Assembly (NCBI GenBank): GCA_946965045.2
Contig: OX337232.1
Location: forward strand, 434,001 to 498,000
DNA length: 64,000 nucleotides
Reading direction: 5' to 3'
From: Epithemia pelagica
Lineage: Eukaryota; Protista; Bacillariophyta
Shown here: piece by piece, positions 33,778 to 46,400 of the stretch
How positions within the stretch are numbered: position 1 is the stretch's first letter
Layout of the letters: each line of letters opens with the position of its first letter
Notes under the pieces: model-generated
What the model was told of the DNA's origin: nothing
What the model saw: only the letters and a program-made list of their open reading frames with translations
Database searches by the model: none
Program-made: the position numbers and the translations under genes

Positions 33778-34449
33778 TGTGATGATGTACTTGGTAGTTG
33801 TTGTTCGCCGAACAGGTCGAAGTTCGATTGTTGTGATTTTAGTTTTGTGAGACCGAAGGAGGTGAGCCTAGAAAGTATTCAGATTCAGGAACATGGAAGA
33901 GCAAGATAGAGCAGGGTAGAACAACTAACGAATCTTGCCCATGATGGATGCGATATCTTTTCCCAGCGAATCATCGACTGAAGGAAAGCCCACGCATTTT
34001 TTCTTTCTTCTTGGGTATCACGGATCACGGCTTCCGGGAATGTGTGCGCTGCAGCGGGGTGTTCTGCATTGTCTGAAGACCACAATCTAAATCCCGCTTC
34101 TTCTCGCTGGGGGGTATTAGGAAGTGTGGAGTTGGTGCTAAAGACTACTCAGTACGCAGAGACCGCCTCCAGTCAATAAAAGTTTTGCTAGTGTTGTGTT
34201 AGAATATCGTGACCTATTCCCGTGCACGGGAATACATGGGAGTCAATCTAACCGTCAGATAGACTTACTCCCACGGGGACAGAACGAAACTAGACACTAC
34301 GATTAGATTTAGGACAACACCAAAAACATTGGTAAGAACATCATTTGGGGAAACAAACACAATTGTTGAGCCCAAGCTTATTCGAACCACCTGCGACTTA
34401 CGATTGCCTGCCCATCCCATTCAAATCGTTCATTCCTTTTGTTTTGGTC

Positions 34450-34932
34450 ATGTCTCTTTCTTTTATTACCAAGGTGCTTTCGCACGGACGTATAAACCAA
34501 CGGGCTGCTCTCCCAAAGTTGACGCCGCCGCCGGGGGGAGCGACGACGGTTGCTCGTTGTGTTGGCCAACGCCGGTGGAATTCCACAGCAAGCGGCAAAG
34601 AAGACGAATTGCAAAACGATGTACAAGAATTAAAAGACAAAATCGATCGCCTCCAGACTTTCATGGCGGAGAAAGTGACGGCCGAGATGGAGACAGTGGC
34701 TTTCAACTTGTTCATGAGGTTGTCTATCGGATTAGGGGGACTCATCTTCTCCCTATACGGCGCCACCTTCATTTGCATGCAGGCGCAGTCCAAGGGCGTT
34801 TCTTGCCGTTTCGATGCTGTAAATTCCCGTTTCGATGCTGTAAATTTACGTTTCGATGCGCAAAATTCCCGTCTCGATGCCCAAGATTATCGTCTCAATG
34901 CCCAAGATGACTTAATTGGAGCCCACAAATGA
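34450..34932 (+). CDS. Putative mitochondrial coiled-coil/TM protein with RFDAxNx heptad repeats (160 aa)
   Basis: Arg-rich presequence-like N-terminus (RRWNSTAS), coil, TM LSIGLGGLIFSLYGATF, then five 7-aa repeats. Confidence 0.6.
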   Translation: MSLSFITKVLSHGRINQRAALPKLTPPPGGATTVARCVGQRRWNSTASGKEDELQNDVQELKDKIDRLQTFMAEKVTAEMETVAFNLFMRLSIGLGGLIFSLYGATFICMQAQSKGVSCRFDAVNSRFDAVNLRFDAQNSRLDAQDYRLNAQDDLIGAHK

Positions 34933-35684
34933 GTTTACTCGAAACCCAAGACGAGCCGTTCGTAGTTTGTGCATGTTTGTGCTTCGTGTAATCGAGTCTA
35001 GAAAATCAACATTGCCTTTCTAGTAGTTTGCTTTGTGGACACGTCTCCGAGGGAGCGCGGCGATTTCTTTCGCATTCCTTAGTGTGGCTGGGAGATACGG
35101 CGGCTCTTGGGAGGGACAAGCGGGATCATCACATCAGAGCCTCGGTGCACACCTCCCTCCACATCCACAAAGCAGACGGATCCCTGCTTCCGGATGTGAT
35201 GAAGACGATGACAATGATGGCAGAGATCAACGAATATGATTGTTGTGTGGAGAAAGTGCAAAGGGTGGAGTGAGGTGTTGCACTCTCTGCCTCCGGATTA
35301 AAAACGGGAGTCTCTCCACCACAGATTTATCGATTGTAGAACGTATAACATGATGCAGTCGACAATGTGTCAAGAGTCTAAACATCACCTGTCTGTGTAT
35401 CAATGATGATCCTGCGCCAAAACCATCGCCAACCATTTGCTACATATCGTCCTTGTTAGTTAAGCAATCACCTGGAGCAGCATATATCTGGCTTGATCGC
35501 AGAACACGACAGATGCCCCGTCAAACTTGTTGTATCGATCTGATTCTCCAAACCTTTCTGAAAATGTGTATAACCACATATTGGGATCTTCTTTTCCCCT
35601 CGTCTCTGCGACCAAGAAGAACCTGAGGAGGAAACAATCCCTTGCGAGTCGCGACCATGCACCATTGGAAATCAGAAACCCTGG

Positions 35685-37049
35685 CTAGTATATTCTCGAC
35701 TTCTCATCTACCTTCTTGCGCGTAGTAGTTTGTATTCCAGAGACGACAGCACTGGAATGATCCCGCAACCATTGGAATTTGCGCGATCGTGCATCGTACA
35801 AGGTCAAGGTTTCCACCGTTTCCTGTTGGTACCCACCCACGACGACCAAGGTAGTAGTATGATTCGTGAGATGATGAGTGATGTGAGGATTGTCACGACT
35901 GCTTCTAGTGGGTGCTGGTGGGTGACCAACCTGAACCACGGCCGTCCATCGTCGAGGGTGCTGGAGGGCGACAATGGGGTACACGACCCGTCGTTGGGTA
36001 TCCACCACTTGGACTGTGGATAAGGAAGACGGCATGACAAATGTGTCGCTGGTGGTCGTCGCATCCGTCGTGAACAAGAGAGATGCGGCACTCCTCATCC
36101 TGATGGTTGGACCAGACGACGACGACGACGACGACACCATGTTCTTGTTCTGTTCCTCGTACTCCATCAACCGTTCCAAGGATGCAAATTCAATCGATTC
36201 GAGGGACTGGACATTTTGTACCACTGGAGCACATTGTCGTCCACCCACGACCCACAGAGTATGGCTATGACGGACGACGGCCGTTCCAAAGCACCGCCGT
36301 GGAATGGTCATGGAGGGACCGGGAACTACCACAATAAGTTGCGACGACGACACCCACGTATCGAGAATGTCCATGGACGACGTTGTGTTGCCACCCACCA
36401 GGATGAGAAATCGGTCGTGAAGGACGGCCGACGCGGCATCCCATCGTTGTTCCGTCAATCGACAATTCAAGAGCGTCCAGCCACCATCGTCATTGTGTTC
36501 CGGTGGATCTTGTGGAGGATAGTAGTCGGTCCGTGTCGTTGTCGTGCTCTCAGGAGGTGAATACGGCCATAATGAACGCAACAACAAGTCGGAAATGGCA
36601 ATGCGTTCCATGGTATAGGACCACAGACCAGCCATGGCATAGACGTATCCATGACACGTTTCAGCACACAAGAATCGTCTCTTTTTCTTCAAGGGAGGTC
36701 CAGTGTGCCATGTCTGGGTGGTGGGATGGTACACCAGGACCGAGTGTATCCCACAAGGCCGATTGGTTCCACCTCCCCCCACCACAACAATCGCTTCGTG
36801 TGGTGGTTGATTGTTGTTGGTGTCGTCGTCGGCCTGGACTGGCACCACCACGGCGGCATGACCCCATCGATCTCCATGAAGGAGTGGACTCCACAACGAA
36901 TTGGAGGCGTTCCATTGGGTGTGCGGCATTCCCAAACCAGACGCCTCAAGCTGTTGGTGCATGTCCTCATTCTTGACAGTGTCGTTGGGGTTCTTGTCGT
37001 CGTGTGCATTGTTGTTTGTCGTTGTGGATGTGGAATGGTGGTCCGCCAT
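35685..37049 (-). CDS. Kelch-repeat protein (~454 aa)
   Basis: Repeated GG...Y/W kelch units: RWGHAAVV..VVVGG..VYHPTTQTW; RWDAASAV..LVGG; RRCFGTAVV..WVVGG. Confidence 0.85.
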   Translation of the reverse strand: MADHHSTSTTTNNNAHDDKNPNDTVKNEDMHQQLEASGLGMPHTQWNASNSLWSPLLHGDRWGHAAVVVPVQADDDTNNNQPPHEAIVVVGGGGTNRPCGIHSVLVYHPTTQTWHTGPPLKKKRRFLCAETCHGYVYAMAGLWSYTMERIAISDLLLRSLWPYSPPESTTTTRTDYYPPQDPPEHNDDGGWTLLNCRLTEQRWDAASAVLHDRFLILVGGNTTSSMDILDTWVSSSQLIVVVPGPSMTIPRRCFGTAVVRHSHTLWVVGGRQCAPVVQNVQSLESIEFASLERLMEYEEQNKNMVSSSSSSSGPTIRMRSAASLLFTTDATTTSDTFVMPSSLSTVQVVDTQRRVVYPIVALQHPRRWTAVVQVGHPPAPTRSSRDNPHITHHLTNHTTTLVVVGGYQQETVETLTLYDARSRKFQWLRDHSSAVVSGIQTTTRKKVDEKSRIY

Positions 37050-38675
37050 GGTGATGATGATTGTGACCAGAGAAGCGAGAGTGTGCGTGTTTGGGGTGGA
37101 AGAACGACAACGACGACGACACTTTGCATACATACCCGGAAGCTGGAACAACTCGGAAGCAATCGCGGAGAGCGACCTCTCGTGGTATTCGATATTAGAG
37201 GAGGCAGGGAATATAGCGACTCTCATAGCAAACATGTGTAACTAAATCTCATGTTGCTCCTCGCTCTCACCACATGCTTGTTTGGAACACCAGCAGCAGC
37301 AACAACAACAAGGCCTGCGGTCGCAATGAGAGGGGAGTGTGTTTCGTAGGAAAAGTATCGTATCGACAGCTGCCATACCTCTACTAGCTTGTATGAACCC
37401 AGGACAAGAGAATCTGGTAACAAGGATTGTTGTCTCCCATCGTGGGATCGTGGCGGGGCGCTTGCGAGGAGCATGACAGGATTATTTCTCCTCTCCATCC
37501 ATTCTCGGTTCGACACATAGTCTTCGCATTCCTCCGAGAGAGTGTTCGAATTTTTCTCCGTGAATTGATTGTGGAGAGAGTCTTATTGACGTGTCACGAA
37601 AATGGATGAATATCTTAATATCGAGAGGATTGAATTCGCATCATGATGATGTTTCACTTTGGATATCCACAATCTTCTTCACCACTTCTCGTTTCCACAC
37701 ATCACTCTTCTCATTACATAGGGGGGAGAGGAGAGAGTTCTGGTTTTTCCCTCTTTGGGTTTGGAGACTGTGCTGTGGGGAGTTGCATCGTAGGTTGCGT
37801 AGCGATTTGTAGTAATGCCTAGAGTCCATCATTATACCATGACGGCGCAATTCTCATGGTGAGAACTATACCAACAGGAGATGCGATCCGAACAAGCTCC
37901 TCCTCCCTCGTTCGAACTCATCTTGCGACATTCGACGGATAGCATCCCTATCTCTCCCGAACTGTTCGTTCGAATCACGAGAACGAGGTGATGGATGCGA
38001 ATATCCGGGTTTACGTGTCTTTGGCGGGTTTGGAATTCGCAGGATGTGACGTTGTCGTTGGATTCCGAGCGGTCAACTTTTTTCGAGAAACGAGAGTTAT
38101 ATCTACAACTAGTTCTTACCGCTCGATAGTGAAACAGGTTCTAAAAGCCTTCCTACACAATAGAGCTATAGTGTATGTACGACAAAAAAGTACCCGAATC
38201 CGAATCAGAAGAGAAGAAGAATCGAATCCATCCTCCATCCCCAAAGGCTTCTGGTGCTGACACTTTCATGACACACCACATCAGACACACACACACCCAA
38301 AACCTCCCACCAAGAACCATCACCGCGGTGTCTTTTTCACTGGTCGGCGGCAATCTCCATTCGATTGTGTCTTTCGCAATAAGGCAAACGAGAGAGAAGA
38401 GAGAGCGCATTCTTCGTTCACTTCTGGGCTGTTGAAAGAGTTTGGACGTGTGTGTCGTCGACATTCCACACAAAAAAAAGAAAATCTCCACAAACCCACA
38501 CCAGCAACAAAAAACCAAAGCACCAAAGTTTTGGTGGTGACACAGCGTGCTACCACAACCATCCTTGCGCATCATCAGCATCAATCATCCTTGAACCACA
38601 AGACTTTATCTCCAAAAGTCGGAGCACCCTCAACGTTTCGACTCAGTCTTTCACCAAGTTATTATCATTATCAGT

Positions 38676-39401
38676 ATGCCTCGCACATTGACCCGTTCCT
38701 ATCATCGGATTGCCGCTCACTCCAAGGCTCCCGCAACGACGACCACAACGACTGGTTCCTCGACGGTCTCGACCGAGTCGAGTCATGGTTCGGGTTTGTC
38801 ACCCAGCAGCCATCATTCCTCCTCCATGATGAACATGTGGTGGTCCTCCTCGCACAGCCATCGAATCAAGGAGCACATTCCAGAAGCAGAACAAGAAGAA
38901 GAGGATCCATCCACCACCACTACCACTTCCTCCTCGTCCTTTCATCATCCCTTGCCGCTGCGTTTGTTGGCGGGACGAGCCACTCCCTCCACCAAGAGTC
39001 GTCGTCGGGTCCTCTTTGTGGATCGCAGCAGCAGCCGTCACAAGGCCTGTAAAGAAGAAGTAGAAGAAAGGGAGGAGGACCACGTTCCACCCCATTTGGT
39101 CAAGGCATCTCTACGATCGTCCTCCCATTCCTTGACGGATACGACCACGACCACCTTGTGGAGTTGTGACGATCCCCTTGGTTCGGCAGTTCCAGAAGAT
39201 GCTGCTTCACCAAGCAATCATCACAACCACCACCATCCTCCAAATACCAATGACGACGACTTGTCCTTGTATTACAAACAACAAGTGGAACAAGATTTGA
39301 AACAAGCCACGTTGGAATATTATTTGCGTCATCCCAAGACGACAACAACAAATATGCTTCAAGACGAACGGTTGCACGCCTTGGCACCCACTTTGCATTA
39401 G
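38676..39401 (+). CDS. Hypothetical low-complexity protein (241 aa) with an RRVLF (RVxF-like) motif
   Basis: ATG-started ORF with the Ser/Thr/His-rich composition typical of this genome. Confidence 0.5.
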   Translation: MPRTLTRSYHRIAAHSKAPATTTTTTGSSTVSTESSHGSGLSPSSHHSSSMMNMWWSSSHSHRIKEHIPEAEQEEEDPSTTTTTSSSSFHHPLPLRLLAGRATPSTKSRRRVLFVDRSSSRHKACKEEVEEREEDHVPPHLVKASLRSSSHSLTDTTTTTLWSCDDPLGSAVPEDAASPSNHHNHHHPPNTNDDDLSLYYKQQVEQDLKQATLEYYLRHPKTTTTNMLQDERLHALAPTLH

Positions 39402-39729
39402 TAGTAGAATGGTTATATACTTTCAATGATACCGCTAGAATCATTTATTATTATTATTCGAACCGACCCTCCATCTCTGCGTTAGATCGTTTGGAAAAAT
39501 CTATCACTGTCTATTCTTGTCCTCTAGAAGAATGAGTGGCATGCCAATTACACTAGATGGCGACATTTGTTTGCCTATCATTGCTGGGACAACCACCACC
39601 AAAAGCAGAACGGAACCATTGTGTTTTGCAGTGGACCAGGGAAAAAAGTCTCTTCTCAATCAATATTGTCTCACCACGATGATTGTATAGAGATGAACAA
39701 ATAATAGGATTGTTGGGCTAGCATTTGAG

Positions 39730-39890
39730 GAAAGGGTGGAATGAACTGCTGCACTCTCACCCTCCGCGTTGACAACACGAATGTCTGCACCACAGATTGT
39801 AGAACATACAACAAGACGCACCCGACCATGTCAAGAGTCTAAACAGCATTACCTGTCGTTGTACCCAACATGATCCTGCGCCAACCATGA
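39730..39890 (+). repeat. Diverged duplicate of ~35255-35430
   Basis: Shared blocks AAAGGGTGGA, GCACTCTC, GTCAAGAGTCTAAACA, ATGATCCTGCGCCAA. Confidence 0.7.
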
Positions 39891-40260
39891 AATACCTATC
39901 CCACCGTGGGCACAGCATCCATTCGAATCACCAGGCAAATGAAGCTTCACTATAAATTGTCCAATTCTTTCTAGAAATGTAGAATCATTCGTCATTTCCC
40001 ATCGTATCTGTGAGAATGAACTTTCAGAGGGGAAATGACCCCTTGCGAACACGCATCACGATGTTCCTTCACTTGCAGCCCCCTATCATCACGTGACCAG
40101 ATTGTATTCAACCTCACGGGTTTTCTATCGAATGCCCCTATGGTTCCAATCCAATACCTAGTCTACTCCGTCCTAATCCCAATGTCATCCTAATCCCAAC
40201 GTAGTATAAGTTGTTTGTCGCTAGGATGATTCATTATTTATCCTCTATCAACATTTCATC

Positions 40261-40938
40261 TTAGTTTGAGGATGGCTTCTTGCGTTCGATCCATTCTGCG
40301 ACCGCTGGAATAGTGATGAATGTTTTGTACAAGGCGGATAAGTGCGGGTACGAGGTTGTTAATGTTTCTTCTGTAAAGTGACCCAATTGGATGTGATCGT
40401 ACAAAATGCTGAACATGGCTGTATCTCCCCACAAGGGAGAGCCTGATGGACTGGTGCTCAAATATGCTTGATCATTGTCCGTTGTCTTGTACTTTTTGTA
40501 CAGGGCCTCAAACTTGGTTAATAGCTCGGGTACAGTCTTGGATACGTATTCCGCCTTTTGCTCTTCGGTGCTTGCAAAAGACTTTTCGACCCAGATATTG
40601 CGGAATCCCTGGTATTCATCGGCAATGACATCTTGGACGTAATCCTTCCATGCATCTCCCGAATCCAACTTGTTGATACGGGCAAAGTACCGGGCCATGG
40701 AAATGTGTTGGCTCAAATGATGATGGCCATCCTCTGTATAGGCAACTGGAACTGTCCCACATGGATTCTCACCAGACTCGACCAGGCGTTTCTTTTCGAC
40801 ACCCCATACGGAATCATTGTATTGGTACAACTCTTCCTGGAACGGAATGTCGTTTGCGAGCAGAAAGAAGCGTAGAGTTCCTCCCCGGCCACCAATGTGA
40901 CCCAAATCAAGGTACTTGAATGATACAGATGATGACAT
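40261..40938 (-). CDS. Glutathione S-transferase (225 aa)
   Basis: GST N-domain pattern Y...GRG..LRFFL..F.E, GTVPV, SQHISMARYFA; helical C-domain with LWGDTAMF. Confidence 0.88.
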   Translation of the reverse strand: MSSSVSFKYLDLGHIGGRGGTLRFFLLANDIPFQEELYQYNDSVWGVEKKRLVESGENPCGTVPVAYTEDGHHHLSQHISMARYFARINKLDSGDAWKDYVQDVIADEYQGFRNIWVEKSFASTEEQKAEYVSKTVPELLTKFEALYKKYKTTDNDQAYLSTSPSGSPLWGDTAMFSILYDHIQLGHFTEETLTTSYPHLSALYKTFITIPAVAEWIERKKPSSN

Positions 40939-41317
40939 TGTGATGATGTACTTGGTAGTAGCTGTTCGCCCGAACAGTTCGAAGATCGATTGTCGTGATT
41001 TTGGTTTTGTGAGACCAAAGGATCTCTCCAACGGGTAACCTATTCAGGAACATGATGGAAGAGCACGATAGAGCATGGTAGAACATGTGTACCGAATCTT
41101 GCCCATGAAGGATGCGATCTTTTCCCAGCGAGAATCAGCGACTGAAAACTGAAGGCGCCGACGCCCGACGCACACCACATCACAATTTCGTGGCAGACGA
41201 AATTGAAAGCGCCCTAGTTTCTGCCCCTTTAAAGATACTTTCTGCTGTCTCGTAGCTTTTGTACTGAGCCTTACGCACCAGAAAGTGTGTGGGGGCCGTA
41301 TCGGAACGCCGACGACC

Positions 41318-43453
41318 ATGGCCGATCCTCCTCCTGCTGCTGCCGCTTCCACAAGAGCCAATGATGCTACTATGTCGGATAACAACTCTAGTGTTCAGTT
41401 TCGCAACACCGATACGACAAACAGGAATGACAATCGCGCTTCTAATACAGAGAAACAACACAGCGCCACCGACGACGATGATGCAAGTGCAGCAACGGCA
41501 ACGACAACACACCAACCGATTGTGTATGAGGGTGATGAAGAAGAATATACCATTAAATTTGTGTTTCGTCCACAAGACGACCAAGCTAACAATCAAGTCG
41601 CCAAGCATCATTATGCCATCTTACAGATCATCGCAAAGGTGTATCCTGAAGTAAAGATTTACGATAACCGTGGAGCACACCTGAAGGCGAAAAGGATCGA
41701 GTCATTGAAAACTTACTCTGCGTATCTACGTCACTTCGATTTGCATTATTCTAAAGGCAACAAGAGCAAGAATCGATCTGCGATCTATGTGGTGATACAT
41801 CGATTTTTATCGCGAATCCCAATTAGTGAGGTCAGAAAACATTTCTCGGTGCAAGAAAAACTGAAATCTGGTGCCGCGAAAATGACAAGGCATATGTGGA
41901 GAGAAGACGAAACGAGAATCTCAAACCTTGGATTCTTTGTTGGGTACGACCCAAGCAACATTTTACCAGAAGACACGCATGACATAGTCGAGAACAAGAT
42001 CATTATCCAAACAGGCACTCCCAAGAAAAGGATTCCTAAATTCCGTTGCAATTACTCTTCCCCAATTCTGTACGACAAGGATACAGACGATAAATATGTG
42101 ACGAAAGCGTTCGATCTCCAGTGCCGGCAAAGCGACGCCAAAGCACTTTTGGATATTCTTCACGCAACCTATGTTGCAGATCCAGATTTTGTTTTCCATC
42201 GATCAAGACACACTCACAAGCAATTATACATCAACGCCATGAAGGAACAGAATGCCTATCTACGTGACTGTCGAATCATTCCCATTGCAGGTATACATCC
42301 CACCATTATGTGGACCTTGGGCGACAAACTATGCGAATTTGAAGGCGTGATACGTGTCACAAAACATAAAGACAGCGACTTGAAAGGACGGTTCAATGTG
42401 CATACAAGTGAACCACATTTCAATGCTCTGAAAGGACGGTTTAGGAGAGAACTAGCATCACTTGTCCAATTTGAGAAGAACAACCAGAATTTGAATCCCC
42501 AGCCATATGAAGATGGAGGACCGAGACTAGCTTTCAAGATCAATAATCAAGGCGAAGAAGAAGACGAAGAGTCAGGAAACACATCACACGCAGGCTCTTA
42601 TGCGACCTACATGACTGCTATGAATGAAAGATACGCCAGAGCAGCAGAAGAATCAGATGAAGGCTCGCTAACAAGCCCACCGGTGTCAACAGGACCAGTT
42701 ACTCAGGCATGGACAAGTAGCGTACCGATCCAAACTGTTGTTACATCTAAGACCGATTATTCAATCAAAAGCCAAGTGAGTCAAGAAGAATATGATCGCA
42801 TGAAGACTGATCTCACCTCCAAAGTCGAAGAAGTAGAAGACAAATTTCGCGCGTTTGTGGAAGAACAACGAATTAAGCAAGATCAAGAACGTGATGCTTT
42901 AGTACAGTCCATTATGGCAGCAGTTCAACAACAAGTTGCGGCATCAATTCAACAACAGATGCAGATGCACCCAACATCGGTCCCTTTCTATCCACAACAA
43001 CATCCACCACAACAAGTACATCATCAGCAACAACTATCAAACGCTCCAGGTCACCACCATCCGGGCATTTACCAAACTCCTCAAAATCAAATGATGCCAC
43101 CACCACCGATACCACCACAACAACAGTACAATCCTCACCAAATGACACCACAATATCAGATACAAAACCAACCAAGCTCGCCAATACAGCCTCATCAGCT
43201 CCACCCAATGGATCATGAACCTGCAACCGGACTTTACAATCAGGACCAACAACAACAACATACTGCAAACTACCAACAACAAATCAACCCTTCGAATAGG
43301 AGCAACAACGAAATGGGTCAACAGCCAGCGAGCGACCCCCAGCAGCAGGCCACGCCAAATCTCGACGTGAGCATGGTCCAACCAAACTCGCCCTTGCAAG
43401 CGGACGGGTCGTTGGCCGACAGAAGCATGTGTAGTCATGAGTCGAAATCTTAA
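41318..43453 (+). CDS. LINE ORF1 (711 aa) with a coiled coil and a Gln/Pro-rich C-terminus
   Basis: ATG at 41318; overlaps the ORF2 start by 17 nt. Confidence 0.85.
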   Translation: MADPPPAAAASTRANDATMSDNNSSVQFRNTDTTNRNDNRASNTEKQHSATDDDDASAATATTTHQPIVYEGDEEEYTIKFVFRPQDDQANNQVAKHHYAILQIIAKVYPEVKIYDNRGAHLKAKRIESLKTYSAYLRHFDLHYSKGNKSKNRSAIYVVIHRFLSRIPISEVRKHFSVQEKLKSGAAKMTRHMWREDETRISNLGFFVGYDPSNILPEDTHDIVENKIIIQTGTPKKRIPKFRCNYSSPILYDKDTDDKYVTKAFDLQCRQSDAKALLDILHATYVADPDFVFHRSRHTHKQLYINAMKEQNAYLRDCRIIPIAGIHPTIMWTLGDKLCEFEGVIRVTKHKDSDLKGRFNVHTSEPHFNALKGRFRRELASLVQFEKNNQNLNPQPYEDGGPRLAFKINNQGEEEDEESGNTSHAGSYATYMTAMNERYARAAEESDEGSLTSPPVSTGPVTQAWTSSVPIQTVVTSKTDYSIKSQVSQEEYDRMKTDLTSKVEEVEDKFRAFVEEQRIKQDQERDALVQSIMAAVQQQVAASIQQQMQMHPTSVPFYPQQHPPQQVHHQQQLSNAPGHHHPGIYQTPQNQMMPPPPIPPQQQYNPHQMTPQYQIQNQPSSPIQPHQLHPMDHEPATGLYNQDQQQQHTANYQQQINPSNRSNNEMGQQPASDPQQQATPNLDVSMVQPNSPLQADGSLADRSMCSHESKS

Positions 43454-46400
43454 CATACCGGAGATTAACAACTACATAAACCACAATCATCACCATTTCG
43501 CAACTATGCCAGAACCTACACAACAGGAAGATTTTCCTGATCAATTATTTCATGACACACTCCACCACAATTCAAGCACACAAGAAACATTCAAATTCGA
43601 CGCACCAATTGGAATACCATCACAAGAAAAAGACGATAACACTTTTCGTGTATTTGGGAGCAATCCCAATGGACTAACTCTGGGGCATGATGGAGGAGAC
43701 TTCGCAGAGCTATGTTTGGAAATGAGTAACTCGCAAGTTGACACATGGTGCATCTATGAAACAAATCTAGATACAACACAGCACAACGTGAGAAACAAGT
43801 TACACAATACAATACGGAAACATACAGAACACTCGCGCATTGTCTACGGGAGTAGCTCGATTTCAACAGTAAGAGGACGAGCTTATAAACCAGGAGGGAT
43901 ACTACAAGTCACACAAGGTCAGACTACTGGACGAGTAGTGAAACAGGGACAAGATTCTATGGGAAGATGGGCATATCAAGTGTTTTCGTGCAGAGGTCAT
44001 AAAACTTTGACGGTGATTACTGCTTATCAAGTTTGCCATCAGACGTTAATCGATGAAACAACGCAGAGGAGGCGCTCCTTTACCGCCTCGGCACAACAGG
44101 TTTCAATGCTTCGACAAATGAATCGCACGTGCACTCCTAGAGAGGCATTTATCCAAGATCTAGGAGCTTTCATCCAAGAAAGAACCGCTTGTAACTCCGG
44201 TATTCTATTAATCGGTGACTTCAACGAAGCACTCTCAGACTCCTACTCAGGCATGTCAAAACTATGTTCCGACAATAACTTACAAGATCTCATGTGGCAA
44301 ATACTCGGGACTACTGACTTTGGAACCCACGCAAAAGGCCGAGAGAGAATCGACTACGTCTTGTGCAGTGATTGGGTGGCTGCAGCTGTCAAGAATGGAT
44401 ATTACGAAGCATTCGGATACCGCCCAAAGGGAGATCACCGCAACATCATGATAGATTTTGATATTGAAAAACTCTTTGGAAATCGCACTCAACCACTGGG
44501 ACCAATCTCCAGTCGGAATTTCACGAGTCAAGACAAATCTTCCAACAGGAAGTATATTGAAGCGAAGCATCGATACTGTCGTGATCACAATTTCAGACAA
44601 AGACTCGCAGCCTTACAAGAAGAATGGAACCCTGATGAAGCTGAAAAACTGGACAAAGATTGGCAACGAGCTGGCGAGTACGCTGCGAAACAATGTTCCA
44701 AAAAGCCCAGGAGTGTTCCTTATGTTGCTGAACTGGCTGAATTGCGACAGCGTAAGAACTTATTGCTGAAACTGATCTCCGCTGCCAAGCTGAACAAGTC
44801 CTTCGACGCTGGCATCGCACATCTGACAACAAATGGTTACCAAGGCGGATTCCCTTCAACAATGACAGAATGTCAAACAGAATGTCGAGTCACACAGCAG
44901 AAGATTAAAGCTATGACAAAGACAGCTATATACAGAAGGCAAAACGAACTCAAGATAGCCTTACAAGAAGCGATTGATTGTGGAGACAAACAACAATCAA
45001 AAGCTCTCAAGCACAGGATTTCAGCTGAAAGAACAAAAGCGATGTACGCAAAATTGCGGCAATGTCGTGAGAATCCAAAGGCCGGAATAACAAGATTGGA
45101 CGTTCCAGCAGACAGTACGAACACTGATTACAACAATTGCTCTAGTTGGATCACCATCGACACTCCATCGGAGATCGAAGAACGTCTACTTCAGCGTAAT
45201 CGCAAACACTTTGGACAAGCTGATGGCACTTTTCCAACCACGCCTCCGTTTTCGGAGTGGTGTGACTGGGGAGCGTCGACGCATACGGCCGAACTGATTC
45301 TTGAAGGCGACTGGCAATCTGAGGAGTTGACTGACTTGCAACAATGCCTGATCAACCATATGAAAGCGCGAGTTGCACTGGACACAATCTCGAGTACAAT
45401 AAGCACAGAAGAATGGGTGGGAAAAATTCGCTCGTGGCCCGAATCTACAACAACTTCTCCATCTGGCTTCCACCTTGGACATAGTAAGGCACTCATCTCT
45501 GGACACGATCTTGATCCCAAATCACACGAAAGCGAATTACTCGAGCAACAAAGATCTGAGTTAATCGAATGGCAAGTCGCTCTACTGAATTGCGCCTTAT
45601 CCAACCAATATTCCTTCACAAGATGGCAGCACATAGTGAATGTCATGATTCTAAAAGAGCCAGGCGACTTGAGAATTCACCGCTTACGTGTAATCCATCT
45701 CTATGAACAAGATTACAACCTTGTTCTGGCTATCAAGTGGCGAAAAATGATTCAGCTATGCACCAATCAACAAGCGTTGCATCCTACACAATTTGGAGGT
45801 GTTCCTGGACGTGATGCTATAATCCCGACTCTTTGCGAAGAGTTTCAGTATGAAATATCAAGAGCAAGCAAACGACCGCTCGTCCATCTAGATTACGACG
45901 CCACTGCGTGTTACGATCGGATCATTCTTTCGTTTGGCAGTTTAGCCTCAAGAAGCTTCGGACAGAACAGGTCAATTGTGTTCATCAACGCGCGAACACT
46001 CGAACAAGCGAAGTATTATTTGAAGACACAATTAGGGGTGTCAGAACGCTTTTATAAGCACTGTACCTTATACCCTATCTACGGCTCAGGACAAGGCGCA
46101 GGGAATTCTCCGGCGATTTGGTGTGTGGTGTCCAGTATTCTCTTTGAAACGTACGAGAAAGGTGCCCATGGAGCTTCTTTTGAATCACCAGATGGTTCTG
46201 TTAAAACAAAGGTGTATATGATTGGATTCGTCGACGATACGAGTGGAAGTGCCAATGACTTTCGCCGCCCATCTCGTGCTCCTCTCACCCATTATATTTC
46301 CAAGGCTCAAGATGACGCCCAACGGTGGAATGATGTACTTGCCTTGTCTGGTGGTGCACTGAACCCCCAGAAATGCTCATACCATTTCATGTACTATGAC

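Noticed and set aside
37850-37990. tRNA-like GTTCGAA motifs
   Set aside because: No acceptor stem or cloverleaf could be built.
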